This document shows positions 21,457 to 34,029 of a stretch of DNA of 64,000 nucleotides, one piece after another. Positions within the stretch are counted from its first letter, which is position 1; each line of letters begins with the position of its first letter. A program made the position numbers and the translations under genes. The notes beneath the pieces were generated by a model. That model was not told where the DNA came from and did no database searches. It was given only the letters and a program-made list of their open reading frames with translations. The DNA comes from Rhizophagus irregularis (taxonomy: Eukaryota): the NCBI RefSeq assembly GCF_026210795.1, contig NC_089432.1:2232001-2296000 (forward strand), given 5' to 3'.

Positions 21457-23808
21457 ATGTCAAATATTACTACTCGTTCAAAAGCTAAAACAGCTGATAA
21501 AAGATCTTTAGACGACTCTGAAATTGTTAAAGAAGTTTATTCTGTTGATAAAGATATACAAAACAACACAATAAACGAAGAATTTAATAGGCCCAATAAG
21601 ATTAGAAACATAGAAACTCTTGATAATACAGAAGCAATGGAAATAGAATTTGAAAAAAATTCTTCTTCGTCTCAATCATCAGTATCACATGACTTAAACA
21701 AAGGATCTACAAGTGAACCAATGGAAACAGACAAAGAAAATATTACTCCTTTGAGTGATCAACACAATAACTCTAATCCCAATAAAGGAAAAGCAACGGA
21801 GACATTACAAATTGAACAAATTGACTACAACGACTCTGAAACACAAAATTCAGCCACAGAATCTTTTTCAGTTTTCATCGCAAAAGATCAATTTCCAAAT
21901 GAAGGAAATAACTTCGAGATAAGAAAAAAAATAAGGGACGCATTTTCCAACCATATTAATGATATCAATAAAATCAATTGGGAAAAACACCAATATCTCA
22001 CAGTCTTTATTATAGAATTTTCTAGAAAAGAAATTTTTGAAAAATACGTTAGTAAACGTCACCTTATTTTAAATGCTATTATACACCCATACGACTCCTC
22101 AAACATTGAGGCATATATACAAAGAGATGTAGAAAATCAAGCAAAAAATTCAGTTAAACTAATAGATGTTCCGATATTTTATGAAACTGAAGCACTCTTA
22201 AAAAACATAATTAATATAACTGGAAAAGAAATCAAAAATTTTCACTCAAATGAAAAAAAACTTATACAGAAATTTGAGTTTGAAATGAAACGATACAGAA
22301 ATAACAACCAAGGCCGTAGAAACGGCAGATTTGCCCCCAAACTACCACAATATAAGACAGTATATATTGAATTCAAAACTGCAGCAGGTGCTAAATACTT
22401 AATGGACAAAGGATGGTCCTTAGATATTGAAGATTTTAACATTAGAATCTTACCAACTAACAATAATCACGAGGCTTACTTAAAACGTACGTCAAAAGGA
22501 TATAAAATAACTGGTCTTCCTAATAATACGAACGTAAAAGATATGACTAAAATAATAACCCTCATAAATGGAGAAACTTGTTCAATTCCCAAAGCCAAGA
22601 CTAGATTTTGTTCTAAAATAGCATACGTCATGGTTGATCCCAAAAATTTTGAAGATAAAATTAAAAAAATCACCGCATTCAATACATCATTATATATTAT
22701 TCCACTTGATAATAACGTTAAAACTTGTATACAATGTGGCTCACCTGAACACATGATACAAGAATGCAACTCTGAACATACTATTTCGCCTAATGGACAA
22801 AAATTCTTCAAACCCATCAATATCCCTCGTAACACTGCTAAAATAGTGGTTAGTAAAAGCATATCCGAAAATTATGGATCTCTTATGAAGATCAATGAAG
22901 ATTTCAATAGACAAAAAATTTCAAAAACATCAACCAAACCTAATCAACCAACCAATAGAAACTCAAACCAACAACAACAATGGGCCCAACGCCAAATGAT
23001 TTATAACAATCAACCAATTTCTCCTACACGCCCTAGACAGAATATCAACAATCAACCAAATAATAATAACAATAACAACGATTGTAACTCAACTCAAATT
23101 TCTCTCGATATTGCTACCTTAAATGACAAAATGAAATGGGCTGAAAAAATGATTAAAGATTTAGAAAAACAGGTAGACGATCAAAAAAAAGAAATTGAAC
23201 AACTTAAAGTATTTGCGAAAGAAGTCTCCGCACACAATAATTACGTTAAAGAATCCATGGATAAAATGGTTAATTTCCAACAGACTATGTCTGAAAGAGA
23301 TATTGTTAAAGACGCTCAACTCAAAGAAATTTTAAATGCAGTCAGAGGACAATCACACCATCAACCTCAAGAATATCATCACCAAGAAGAGCAGTTACAA
23401 ATACAATACATCCCTGAACAAAATCTGAATCCTCAAATGCAATCGAACCAACCAAGACGAAATTCCAAAGAAGGAAGAATTTCGCCATCATACCAACAAT
23501 ACAATACGCCACAACACAAAATATACCAGTTCAATAACTACAATCAAGAACATCATGAAATGATTAATAGCGAATATTATAACGCTAATTCACAATCGAA
23601 TGAAGGATGGGACGAAAATTATGGTAGTTCATCATCCTTACATACACCTTCTTCTGCATCTTATAATAATGAAACTGAAGATATATCACAAGAAGAGCGT
23701 TTAAGTCAATACGGCAACGAATACAATAACCACGATCAAGATAATGACGTTTCATCACAAGAACAAAGCAAAGGATTTACAGGATATATAAAATCCCTTG
23801 TCCGTTAA
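21457..23808 (+). CDS. LINE ORF1 (RNA-binding/gag-like; CCHC knuckle, coiled coil, N/Q-rich tail)
   Basis: 783 aa; CIQCGSPEHMIQEC; heptad-like segment LNDKMKWAEKMIKDLEKQVDDQKKEIEQL. Confidence 0.88.
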   Translation: MSNITTRSKAKTADKRSLDDSEIVKEVYSVDKDIQNNTINEEFNRPNKIRNIETLDNTEAMEIEFEKNSSSSQSSVSHDLNKGSTSEPMETDKENITPLSDQHNNSNPNKGKATETLQIEQIDYNDSETQNSATESFSVFIAKDQFPNEGNNFEIRKKIRDAFSNHINDINKINWEKHQYLTVFIIEFSRKEIFEKYVSKRHLILNAIIHPYDSSNIEAYIQRDVENQAKNSVKLIDVPIFYETEALLKNIINITGKEIKNFHSNEKKLIQKFEFEMKRYRNNNQGRRNGRFAPKLPQYKTVYIEFKTAAGAKYLMDKGWSLDIEDFNIRILPTNNNHEAYLKRTSKGYKITGLPNNTNVKDMTKIITLINGETCSIPKAKTRFCSKIAYVMVDPKNFEDKIKKITAFNTSLYIIPLDNNVKTCIQCGSPEHMIQECNSEHTISPNGQKFFKPINIPRNTAKIVVSKSISENYGSLMKINEDFNRQKISKTSTKPNQPTNRNSNQQQQWAQRQMIYNNQPISPTRPRQNINNQPNNNNNNNDCNSTQISLDIATLNDKMKWAEKMIKDLEKQVDDQKKEIEQLKVFAKEVSAHNNYVKESMDKMVNFQQTMSERDIVKDAQLKEILNAVRGQSHHQPQEYHHQEEQLQIQYIPEQNLNPQMQSNQPRRNSKEGRISPSYQQYNTPQHKIYQFNNYNQEHHEMINSEYYNANSQSNEGWDENYGSSSSLHTPSSASYNNETEDISQEERLSQYGNEYNNHDQDNDVSSQEQSKGFTGYIKSLVR

Positions 23809-23856
23809 ATTCCATTCAGTACAAGTATATATCTCTCAAACTATCAGGGTGGACTA

Positions 23857-26800
23857 ATGATGGACAACAATATTAATAATACCGATCAGCCTCTAAACCT
23901 GATCACTGATTCAAATTCTTTATTTTCTTTATCTCCTTCTCTTCCTTATTCTCAAAATAATTCACAAAATCTAAAAAACTACAAAAAAAATTATTATAAT
24001 AATTATAAAAATCAAAAAAATAATTCTTCTTATTTTTCTTCTTTTAATTCACATTCGCACATTAATTTTGCAACTTTAAATTTACAAGGATCCTTTGAAA
24101 AGAAAAAAAGAGATTTAATTTCATATATGATTGAGGCCGACATTCATTTCTTATTTTTAACAGAAACACATCTAAAAGACTCTAAGAACAAGTCAAACAA
24201 AAAATTAAATCCTATAAAATTATCGTACCCTACAAAACACAAAGAACACAAAAATTTTTACATTGTACACAACCCTGCAATCGATCATTCTGCTAGTGGT
24301 GTTTCGTGTATAATTTCCTCCCTTTTATACAAACACATTCAAAGGATCGATCATATTCCTGGTCGATTGTTACATGTTACTTTCTTTTTCAGAAAACAAG
24401 AACAACTACATATAATAGGCTTATATTTACCGCCTATTACATCCGCTAAAGACAACGAATCAACTTTAAAAGAGATTATTTCTTATTTAAAAACTTATTT
24501 CTTTACAAAAAATAATTACAAAAAAACTATAATCATGGGAGATTTTAATATAAATCCTCATAAACCAAATTCAACTTTTACAAATGTTCAATTAGACGAC
24601 CCTATAAATTCTAATCACGTGACTTCAGCGTATTATCACAAAAGCATTTTAACCATCCTTAAAAATAATCGCTTTAAAGACATTGTCAAATTTTTTAATG
24701 ATACACCATCTTATACCTTTAGCAATACCTCTGGAAATACGTCTTATATTGATATTATTTTTGTTTCACCAAACTTTTTATCACATTGTTTATTTGGTAC
24801 TATAGCTACTGAACCAATACGTACTGATCACCGATTAATAGTGATCACTTTGAACAACAAATTTTTTTATTCCCCTAATCAAAATATTTTAAACGATTCT
24901 CTCAATGAAATTGAAATGTGTAAAAAGAATTCACTTTCTTATAATGAAAGATATAATTATAAAAAAATAACAAAAGAACAGTGGGTAGACTTTAAAAATT
25001 TTGTATGGAATAATTTTCAATCAATTTCGACACGTTCACAAACACACATTAACCCACAAAAACATGTCAACATTGTTTTTGAAAACATAGTACAAAGTAT
25101 TCACAAAGCTATAAACGCTATAGGATTTCCTATAATTAAACAAAACATGCATCAATACACTTATTCTTATTCGATTAGAATTTTAGAAAATGATCTTTAT
25201 TATATAGCATCCCTTATTAATAGATTAGAAAATTATTTTAATCCTAAAACACATCGATCACGATATTATTTCTATGATACCACTTTTTGGGAGGGACCTA
25301 AAAAATTAAATCGATTAAAAAGAATCGTTTCAAATTTAGACTTACGAAATTTATCAATTAATACACGTGATGTCGTGTGGCCAACTTCTTTGACTGCTCC
25401 TTATTATTTAACTATTTTGAATACTTTAATTAAAATCAAAACATTCATTAATAATTCATTAAATGAACAAATTAGTCATTTTCAAAAAAATAAAATAGAA
25501 AAATTTATTAATAGACGTGACGATGATCTAAGACTAAACCAGAAAAGGATGTTAACATCTTTATTAGACCGAGTGCCAGAAAAAATCAAAATGGACAAAT
25601 TAATATTTAAAGATGAATACGATATCACAACTTTTACAACAGATAAGGATGAAATAGAAGAAAAAGCAATAGACCATTTCAGCAACATTGGTAAAGTAAT
25701 ACAATCACCTTTATCTTATGATCCATCATCACCTTTACGTGAGCCCTGGAAGTCTATATATACGCCTATTAATGTGGCATCACAAGAAAATATTAACAAA
25801 TTAAATAGATTGATCACAATGGACGAGTTGCAGGAAGCAATTAAAGATTTACCGACAAAAAAGTCTGCTGGACCTAATAAGATCAGCTATGAAATTATTA
25901 AACAATTACCTTTACAAATTTTAGAAGTCATTTTATCACTTTTTAATTATATACTTATCAATGAAGTTACTCCAGAACAATTTAAACTCGCTCTCCTTTA
26001 TCCAATTCCAAAACCCACTTGGTGGAACTACGATATTAATCATACGCGTCCTATTATATTATTAGATTGTTTTCGCAAACTTTTAGTTAAAATTATTAAT
26101 TCAAGACTTAATTTATATTTAAGCACGAATAACATTCTCCAACATAATAATCAAGCAGGTGTACAAGGAGCATCTTGTAATGAAATTATTTTATACATTC
26201 AATCTATTATAGAACATCAAAAAGATACAAATAACCCGTTATATCTTTTACTCCAAGATCTTAGTAAGGCTTACGATAGAATAGATATTCCCTTGCTTTC
26301 GTTAGCTTTAAAAAGAATTAACATACCCCCTAATATAATCAAATTCATAGAAAATCTTTTTATAGGACATCACAATAGAATTATATTAGCTGATACTTTA
26401 TCTGATCCTTATGAATTAAAACAGGGTATAATTCAAGGAGAAATAATTTCACCGCTCTTATGGGTCATTTATTACGACCCAATGTTCGCCGCCATCAATG
26501 ATTCCCCATACGATGGATATAAATTACATGCAACGCTCCCGATGAATATTTATCGAAAAGATGATTATCATGAAGAAAAACTAGAGTTAAAATTGATTGG
26601 ATACCTGGACGATACCACTTGGTTTGCTAATAAAATCGATGACCTAGTAGCCAATTTAGCAATAGCAGATGATTTTTATTCATTAGCTAATATCAAAATC
26701 AATAAGGAGAAAACAAAATTATTAACGAACGATAAAACACTTTTAGCAAAAGATGACAAACATATTCCATTTTATTTTGGTAATGATCTTATTAATATAG

Positions 26801-29736
26801 AGATAGTCCCGAAAAATAGTAATGAAAGAATTTTAGGTATATATGTTAATATCAACAACTCACCAACTTTTACCTACAAAAAGATCAAAAAGATGTTACA
26901 TTATATTTGTTATAATTTACGAAAGAAAAAAATCACGCACGATCACGTGATTTACGTCATTAATAAGGTTCTTCTGCCAAGGATAGAGTATTTAACGCAA
27001 CATATTTTAGTTCCACCACATATTATTAATGAGTTTAATAGAATTATTAGGTCTATCTACAAGCATTCGTTATCCTTACCAAAATCTTTTTTTAATTCTG
27101 TTATACATAATCCTATTTACCCGAATATATTAAATATTTGGGATTCACAATTGCGCGCTCAGGCGTCTTTATTAAATGCTCAAATTAATAACCCTATAAC
27201 TTCTCCTTTAATACAATTTCTTATCCTAACATCACAAAATCGATTATGGACAAATGATATTGGTGAAACAACCAAATATTTCCATAAACCTATGAAATTA
27301 TTTAATAGATTAGAAAATCTTTTATGTATTTTCCACTATTATAATTTATCGTTCTTTCACTCAACTAAATACCATGTTACTGGTGGTGCACATCCTATAA
27401 GTTATTTTATTTCAGATCCAAAACAATATTTTAAATTTTTACGTTCTTTAAAACATAAAGATATATTCTTTTTAGACCAAATAATTAGTAATGATGGCGC
27501 TTTTTTAAAGACATGGAAAGAAATCAAGAAAACACTCAAATCGAAAAGTGGGCGGCGTCCCAAATGGTATGATTTTTTAAAGGAAAACATTGTACTCAAT
27601 AATAATACAAATAGACTACAATTTACAACAAATAATAATAACCCTTCACCATCACAAAATTTTACAAGACCTAAAATCATCAAAAGTAACAACCGTAGTT
27701 TACCATGCAAAAATCAATGGACAAGCTTTTGGTCTCCCCGTTACTCTGACATTATATATATCAAAATAATAGAAAAATCACATTTTCCTTCAGATGTTCC
27801 CAAAGTCTATGGTGAACATCATATTCCTTTTCGCGACCCTATACCACAAGATCCTAGTTTAACCCCTCATTCTATGCCTAATTTACTAATACCTTGTCCA
27901 GGTTGTGATTTACATGATTCCTTTTACATAGGAGATATACGTCCACGATGTATTATTAGTTTCCCTTCAAATAATACAATTTCAGTACACGCTAATATAT
28001 ATAGAAAAAATAATAATAGACAAAATAACATTTTTATTGTACACAAATCACACAGTGAAACACGTGCTGATGTTTTTATAGATTACAATGAATGCATTAA
28101 CCCCAATTTTAGACAAACAGAAAATATTATTCAACACTCTCCTTTGTTTAATAACATTTCACAAAAAAATTTTCAATTAATTAAAACAATTTTATTACCT
28201 TTTTCTATTCATAATTTTTTTTTCTCTTTCGCAAATTTAATTTCATCTTTTAATAGTTTAGAGTTTTACACTGATGGTTCTCTGTTAAGATATAATGATT
28301 CTTCCATCATGGGTTTTGGATGGATTTTAACTAATGATATTAATTTAGATCTAAAATTTAGTGGAAAAACAGTTGAATGGGCCAGCTCTACTAGAGCGGA
28401 AATTTTTGCAATCTTAACATGTTTAATTATCTGTCCACCTAATAGTCACGTGACCATATTTACTGATAGTCAATGTGCGATAGACACGTACTACTCACTT
28501 CAACATTATAAAATGACACCTCGAAGATTACAAAAACTCAATAATGTTCTTTTATGGCAAGCGATAAAGTGGATAATCCAATCACTTAATTTAACAATAA
28601 AACTCAACAAAGTACAAGCACATTCAGGAAACACTTATAATGATATAGCAGACACATTAGCTAAAGCAGGTTGTGAACAACCGGACATAATATCTATATC
28701 ACCAGTAGGAGTAAAACCTCAGAAAGGCTATATAAAATTTAATGAAGAGTTTATCATAGATCGTAATATAAGGAAAACATTAAAAAAACCAATCAATTTT
28801 AGAAATATCGAACGTCAAATATCGCATCGCTCTCTACATATTATCAAAACATTTACTCTAGAACACCGCATCAATTGGGAATACACACAGTATTGGATGT
28901 CTTTTAACCCATTTCACAAGGCAACATCACAAACATATAGTAAACATGTTAGTTGGCGGATGAAATGCTCTAATTACGCCTTACCCACTTTAGACGCTTT
29001 AAATAGAAATTACCCAGATATACTAAAAGGTTTTGATACCTGTTTCCTATGTTCTAATTCAACAGAAACTAATGAACATTTCTGGACTTGTTCTGAATCC
29101 ATAAAGATTTTGAAAAATATTTTTAGAAAACACGAATCAATATATAACTCGCTTATCATTAACAACATCAATTATGATAAATTTAAAAATGAAATTCCAA
29201 CAATAACCGAATCTCCAGTTTTTACTTGTTTTAATTCAAATATCTCAACTATCTTTGACGCTCCAGATCTTCATTGCATATTAATCAATATGATTCCCTT
29301 CTCTATTATTAAACCTTTCCAAGACGCAAAAATTTCAAAAAAAGAAATCAAAAAATCACTTTTAACATTCCTTTTCGACTTGCACAAAGATATTTATGAA
29401 CTTTTATGGAAAGTTCGGACCTCTAAATGGAAACAATATAAATTGGATCATGGTATTACAAAATCCACCTTCACCAAACGAATTAATACTAGACGGGAAC
29501 GTAAACGTCAAAATAATTTTGATATATCTCATAATAATCCATTGAATGACAATATACTTAATATTGGATATTCCAATCCTTTTATGACTTCTACTAGAAA
29601 CTTAGATGATTCTGTTCTTTGGATCTATTTAACTAGTTCGAATTTCAGACATAACCTTCCATGGATTAATTCATTATATTTAACGATAATAGACTCTATT
29701 CAATTTGACACCAATTTATTTTATTATAATATATAA
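23857..29736 (+). CDS. LINE ORF2: APE endonuclease - RT - RNase H - C-terminal zinc motif
   Basis: 1959 aa. APE: TLNLQG, LTETH, MGDFN, IDIIF, TDH. RT: DLSKAYD, GIIQG, YLDD. RNase H: FYTDGS, RAE, FTDSQ, AHSG..N..AD. C-terminus: CFLC..ETNEHFWTC. Confidence 0.95.
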   Translation: MMDNNINNTDQPLNLITDSNSLFSLSPSLPYSQNNSQNLKNYKKNYYNNYKNQKNNSSYFSSFNSHSHINFATLNLQGSFEKKKRDLISYMIEADIHFLFLTETHLKDSKNKSNKKLNPIKLSYPTKHKEHKNFYIVHNPAIDHSASGVSCIISSLLYKHIQRIDHIPGRLLHVTFFFRKQEQLHIIGLYLPPITSAKDNESTLKEIISYLKTYFFTKNNYKKTIIMGDFNINPHKPNSTFTNVQLDDPINSNHVTSAYYHKSILTILKNNRFKDIVKFFNDTPSYTFSNTSGNTSYIDIIFVSPNFLSHCLFGTIATEPIRTDHRLIVITLNNKFFYSPNQNILNDSLNEIEMCKKNSLSYNERYNYKKITKEQWVDFKNFVWNNFQSISTRSQTHINPQKHVNIVFENIVQSIHKAINAIGFPIIKQNMHQYTYSYSIRILENDLYYIASLINRLENYFNPKTHRSRYYFYDTTFWEGPKKLNRLKRIVSNLDLRNLSINTRDVVWPTSLTAPYYLTILNTLIKIKTFINNSLNEQISHFQKNKIEKFINRRDDDLRLNQKRMLTSLLDRVPEKIKMDKLIFKDEYDITTFTTDKDEIEEKAIDHFSNIGKVIQSPLSYDPSSPLREPWKSIYTPINVASQENINKLNRLITMDELQEAIKDLPTKKSAGPNKISYEIIKQLPLQILEVILSLFNYILINEVTPEQFKLALLYPIPKPTWWNYDINHTRPIILLDCFRKLLVKIINSRLNLYLSTNNILQHNNQAGVQGASCNEIILYIQSIIEHQKDTNNPLYLLLQDLSKAYDRIDIPLLSLALKRINIPPNIIKFIENLFIGHHNRIILADTLSDPYELKQGIIQGEIISPLLWVIYYDPMFAAINDSPYDGYKLHATLPMNIYRKDDYHEEKLELKLIGYLDDTTWFANKIDDLVANLAIADDFYSLANIKINKEKTKLLTNDKTLLAKDDKHIPFYFGNDLINIEIVPKNSNERILGIYVNINNSPTFTYKKIKKMLHYICYNLRKKKITHDHVIYVINKVLLPRIEYLTQHILVPPHIINEFNRIIRSIYKHSLSLPKSFFNSVIHNPIYPNILNIWDSQLRAQASLLNAQINNPITSPLIQFLILTSQNRLWTNDIGETTKYFHKPMKLFNRLENLLCIFHYYNLSFFHSTKYHVTGGAHPISYFISDPKQYFKFLRSLKHKDIFFLDQIISNDGAFLKTWKEIKKTLKSKSGRRPKWYDFLKENIVLNNNTNRLQFTTNNNNPSPSQNFTRPKIIKSNNRSLPCKNQWTSFWSPRYSDIIYIKIIEKSHFPSDVPKVYGEHHIPFRDPIPQDPSLTPHSMPNLLIPCPGCDLHDSFYIGDIRPRCIISFPSNNTISVHANIYRKNNNRQNNIFIVHKSHSETRADVFIDYNECINPNFRQTENIIQHSPLFNNISQKNFQLIKTILLPFSIHNFFFSFANLISSFNSLEFYTDGSLLRYNDSSIMGFGWILTNDINLDLKFSGKTVEWASSTRAEIFAILTCLIICPPNSHVTIFTDSQCAIDTYYSLQHYKMTPRRLQKLNNVLLWQAIKWIIQSLNLTIKLNKVQAHSGNTYNDIADTLAKAGCEQPDIISISPVGVKPQKGYIKFNEEFIIDRNIRKTLKKPINFRNIERQISHRSLHIIKTFTLEHRINWEYTQYWMSFNPFHKATSQTYSKHVSWRMKCSNYALPTLDALNRNYPDILKGFDTCFLCSNSTETNEHFWTCSESIKILKNIFRKHESIYNSLIINNINYDKFKNEIPTITESPVFTCFNSNISTIFDAPDLHCILINMIPFSIIKPFQDAKISKKEIKKSLLTFLFDLHKDIYELLWKVRTSKWKQYKLDHGITKSTFTKRINTRRERKRQNNFDISHNNPLNDNILNIGYSNPFMTSTRNLDDSVLWIYLTSSNFRHNLPWINSLYLTIIDSIQFDTNLFYYNI

Positions 29737-30425
29737 CCCCTTCGCACGTAGTTGCTTTTAATAGTCTATACTACTCTAGAACTATTGATTTTCTATATAT
29801 ATAATTTTTTTTTTATTTTTAGGTTCTCTCGTTACGGATGGGTCTTTAGGTTTTATTTTTTTCTTTTCCCCATTCGAAGTATTAGCGTAGTTCTAGTAGT
29901 TTGAATAGTATTGTTCGAAGGGTGGGGTCCCGTAGGGGATTAATTTCCAAAATTCTATACTAGCCTATTTGTACCATCATGTAAATGATGTTTTACTCTT
30001 ATTTTGTAATAGTTTTGGGAGTACTACTCTTTTAGTAATAAAATAAAATAAATAAAATAAATAAATAAATGTGATGAATAATTGTGACAAATAGGTTCTT
30101 TAACCACTGAAAAATTCTAAGTCCCAGAATACATATGAGAAATGGAACTTGAAGAGGGTGACAAATATTTTATTATGATCACGTGGGTAGAAATTTTGAT
30201 GGGAAGATCAGCCTAGTCACAAATCTGGAAAATAAACAAAATAAAGTAAAAAAAAAGAATAAAAGAAAAAAAAATAACAAAAAGGAAAAGAAAGAATAGA
30301 AAGTAGATAATATTAATAATAAGAGAAAAAAAAAATAGTCAATAAAGCATTATTCTACAAAAATCGTAAAACCAGTGTTAATTTGTAAAATTTCGCTATC
30401 TCACATTTCAGTTCAGCAAAAAAAA

Positions 30426-30569
30426 GAGTATTGCTAAATATCACCGCTGGTGATTCCAGAATTAGGGTAGAATTTTGGGCAGAATTAAAAATGTCATGAA
30501 ACTCTGCCCGTTAATATTTGCTAATGCTGGTGCGGTGAAAATCACCTGCGGTGAGATTTAGTTATGCCC
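30426..30569. mobile_element. Degenerate MITE
   Basis: Imperfect TIR: GAGTATTGCTAAATATCACCGCTGGTGATT versus the reverse complement of the right end, GGGCATAACTAAATCTCACCGCAGGTGATT. Confidence 0.55.
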
Positions 30570-32035
30570 CCAAAAAAATATATTATATAAATACTGTTTG
30601 ATAAAGTGGGTAGTAGATGAGAATGGTTATGTTAAGTTCAATCCATTTCGTTTCAATGCGAAATATTAACGTTAACGTTAACATTAACAGCAAACGTAAG
30701 ATTAGTTTTCGATTTTTTGGCATACCCTAATCAATCTGTATCAATTTATTGATTTAAATTTCATCTTTTCTCTTTTAAATCCAAACCTTCCCATTTTAAA
30801 CAATGACCGTTCAAGTAATCTTTTATTATTGTAAACCTTCAGATTCCATCTCATTGACCTGTCTGAAATATTCAAACCAATTTATTATTTTAATTATTTG
30901 TATCGTATAATTTTTAAAAATTATTTTTAATAATTGGAAAAGAATATCATAGAGAGAGGTAAGTATATGTTACTGTACAATATAAAAGTGAGGTGCAATT
31001 ATACTAATAATTCATAGCAAATAATTTGATAATAAGCCTACTCAAAAGGCAGGTAGTTCTTAAAAAAAATAATTCAATTGTTTCTTAGTTTATTTAAACC
31101 ATTGTAAGCTTTAGATATTAGTATCATTGCTTTATTATCGAATGCTTAATTAATTATAGGACTTATTTAAAATAAATTGTTTTGCAAAATTTTCTGAATA
31201 GTCCAATCAGTTAATCAAAGCATTAACTTTCAATGTAATAAATCATTTTTTTTATCCTATAAAATAAATTAAATATGTTGCTAAAGTAATATATTGTTCT
31301 TAAAAAATTTTCGCTTTCATATTCTTGCTATTAATATCCTTTCATCTGAATTGACTTTTTAACGTCTTATAATCTTATTAATTATCAAAAAAATTTACTG
31401 TTAAAATTTCAATTATTTGAGTAATACATTTAAGGAATATAGTTAATTTACGATAAACTGAACTCTATTTATAATTACCACAATATTTAAAATTTCAATT
31501 TTATATAATTTTAGAGAAAAATTGAAAAATTACCATAAAATTAAACGAAAAGAAATATAAAATTTATTAGGCTAGTGATTTCTATTATTAAGCCAGTACT
31601 ATTATATACTTTTCCAGCTGAAACTTTGTTATTTTTATTATCACGGTGATCATATCTTCAGTAATATAGATTTTACCTTTTTTTTTTGTTAGTAATACGC
31701 ATTTCTTTATTAATTTATTATAATAAATACATGTGTAGAAATACATAGGATTAAAATATAATGTTTTAAAACTATCAACTAACACTATACTTGATTTTAA
31801 TTTTTATCTATTTTTTTTTTTCAATGATTACGAGTACCTGAAATGATCGACATTGAAATGATCGACAGATTACATATCATAGTACTTTAAAATGCATAAT
31901 TACGTTTTAGTAATCCCATCGTTACCTGACACGACAGATTACATACTTTAAATGCAAGAATTACGTTTTAAGTAATACCAGCTTCGGACTTAGTTGTTTA
32001 ACTTCCTCAATAATAAAAAAATTTCAAATTTAACA

Positions 32036-34029
32036 ATGTCTGAAACTACTGTTCCCATAGCAATTACTGGAGGTTCATATAATGAATATATTAATTGGAT
32101 TGAAGAAGCTATCGATAAAAAACATATTAGATATTACGAATATGAAAATTTTAATAATATTGAAGAAATTGGTTCAGGAAAATTCGGAATAGTTTATCGT
32201 GCGACTTGGAAAAATTCTCATAATTATTTAGCTTTAAAATCCTTTTTTAATTTAAACAATATCACAATTAAAGAAATTGTTAATGAGGTAATAATAATAA
32301 TAATTAATATAAGAAATGTATATATATCTTTTTTCTTTATTATAATTCTAATTTAAAAAATTATACTTATTGATATAGCTTAAACTTCAACGTGAAGTGG
32401 ATTTCCATGAGAATATTATTCATTTTTTCGGTCTTACAAGAGGTATGTTAAATATTATATTTTTTTATAATATCACATTTGTTAAATTTGAATTAAAGTT
32501 AAAATTTTTTTTTTTTTAATAGAAAATCAAAATGATAATTCAAAAAAATATTGGTTAGTAATGGAGTATGCTAATAATGGTACTCTTCAAGAGTATTTGG
32601 AGAAATATTTTAATACTCTTACCTGGAATGATAAATTCAACATGGCACTTCAGCTGGCTCATGCTGTATTATGTCTTCATGACGAAGGAATCATGCATCG
32701 TGATCTGGTAATTCATTTACATTTTATTATTTTATATAGTATCATATATGTTAATTAATTAATTTATTTGATGTAATATTAATAGCACTCTAGAAACGTA
32801 TTAGTCAATCAAAATACCATCAAATTGGCAGATCTTGGACTATCAAAAAGGATTGATGAAGCAAATAATTCACGACTAGAATTTGGTGTACTAGTTCCAT
32901 ATATTGATCCAAAAAAATTCGGGTTTCAACCATACTCTTTAAGTAAAAAGAGCGATATTTATAGTATAGGTGTACTTCTGTGGGAGATATCAAGTGGTCA
33001 GCCACCATTTAAAGACTTATCATCCTATGATTTAATTGTACAAATTTCGCAAGGCCTTAGAGAAACACCCGTTCCTGGTACACCCAACACTTATTTAGAT
33101 CTTTATACTGGTAATTATATGATTTTTTAATATTATTACGTTACTGCATCATTATATAGTCTAATGAAATAATTTTTTTTTTAGAATGTTGGAATGGAGA
33201 GCCAGATAATCGTCCAAATATTAATCAAATAGTTGCTAAATTAAAAGAATTAAAATATAATCTAACTAATGATGATTTTAGAGTAATGGTTGATGAGATA
33301 GTCGATCTTTCTAGTAAAATAAAAGATGATGATGAAGAAAAACAAAAAATACTTAGTTATCTTGATAATAAAAATGTAACATCACAAGAATTTTATAATT
33401 GGATATTAAACGATCAAGATAATACAAATTCAATTGTTTTACTTGCAGATTTTAATTATTTAGGAATTGGAATTAATTCTAATAAAAGAAAAGCATTTGA
33501 ATTATATCAAAAAGCTGCAAATTTAGGAAATATATTTGGAATAATTAGTTTAGGATATTGTTATCAATATGGAATTGGAACAATTATTGATGAAATTAAA
33601 GTATTAGAATCATATCAAAAAGTAGCAGATTTAGGAAATTTATATGGAGTAAATAGTTTAGGATATTGTTATGAAGTTGGAATTGGAACTAATGTTGATA
33701 CAAAAAAAGCATTTGAATTATATGAGTCGGCAGCAAATTTAGGAAATACAACTGGAATAAATAATTTAGGATATTGTTATCAAAATGGTATTGGAACTAA
33801 TATTGATAAAAGAAAGGCATTTGAATTATATCAACATGCAGCAAATTTAGGAGATAGTGAAGCCCAATATAATCTTGCTTCAATGTATGAAAATGGAGAA
33901 GGTATTGCGAAAGATATTTACCAAGCAATTTATTGGTATAAAAAATCTGCCAAACAGGGAACTAAGATTGCACAAGATCAATTAAATAAACTTCTGGCAT
34001 CTGAAGATATTCAATTATTTTATTCTTAG
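32036..34029 (+). CDS. Protein kinase with 5 Sel1 repeats, paralogue 3; 5 exons, ~556 aa; DFG reads DLG
   Basis: Exons 32036-32287, 32379-32442, 32523-32707, 32786-33110, 33185-34029, total 1671 nt in frame, with the same intron positions as the 17920 gene. Confidence 0.92.

Larger units (their letters stand above)
21275..30068 (+). mobile_element. Full-length intact LINE (non-LTR retrotransposon)
   Basis: 16-bp TSD ATGTGATGAATAATTG (21259-21274 and 30069-30084), two intact ORFs, and a (TAAAA)n tail. Confidence 0.95.
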
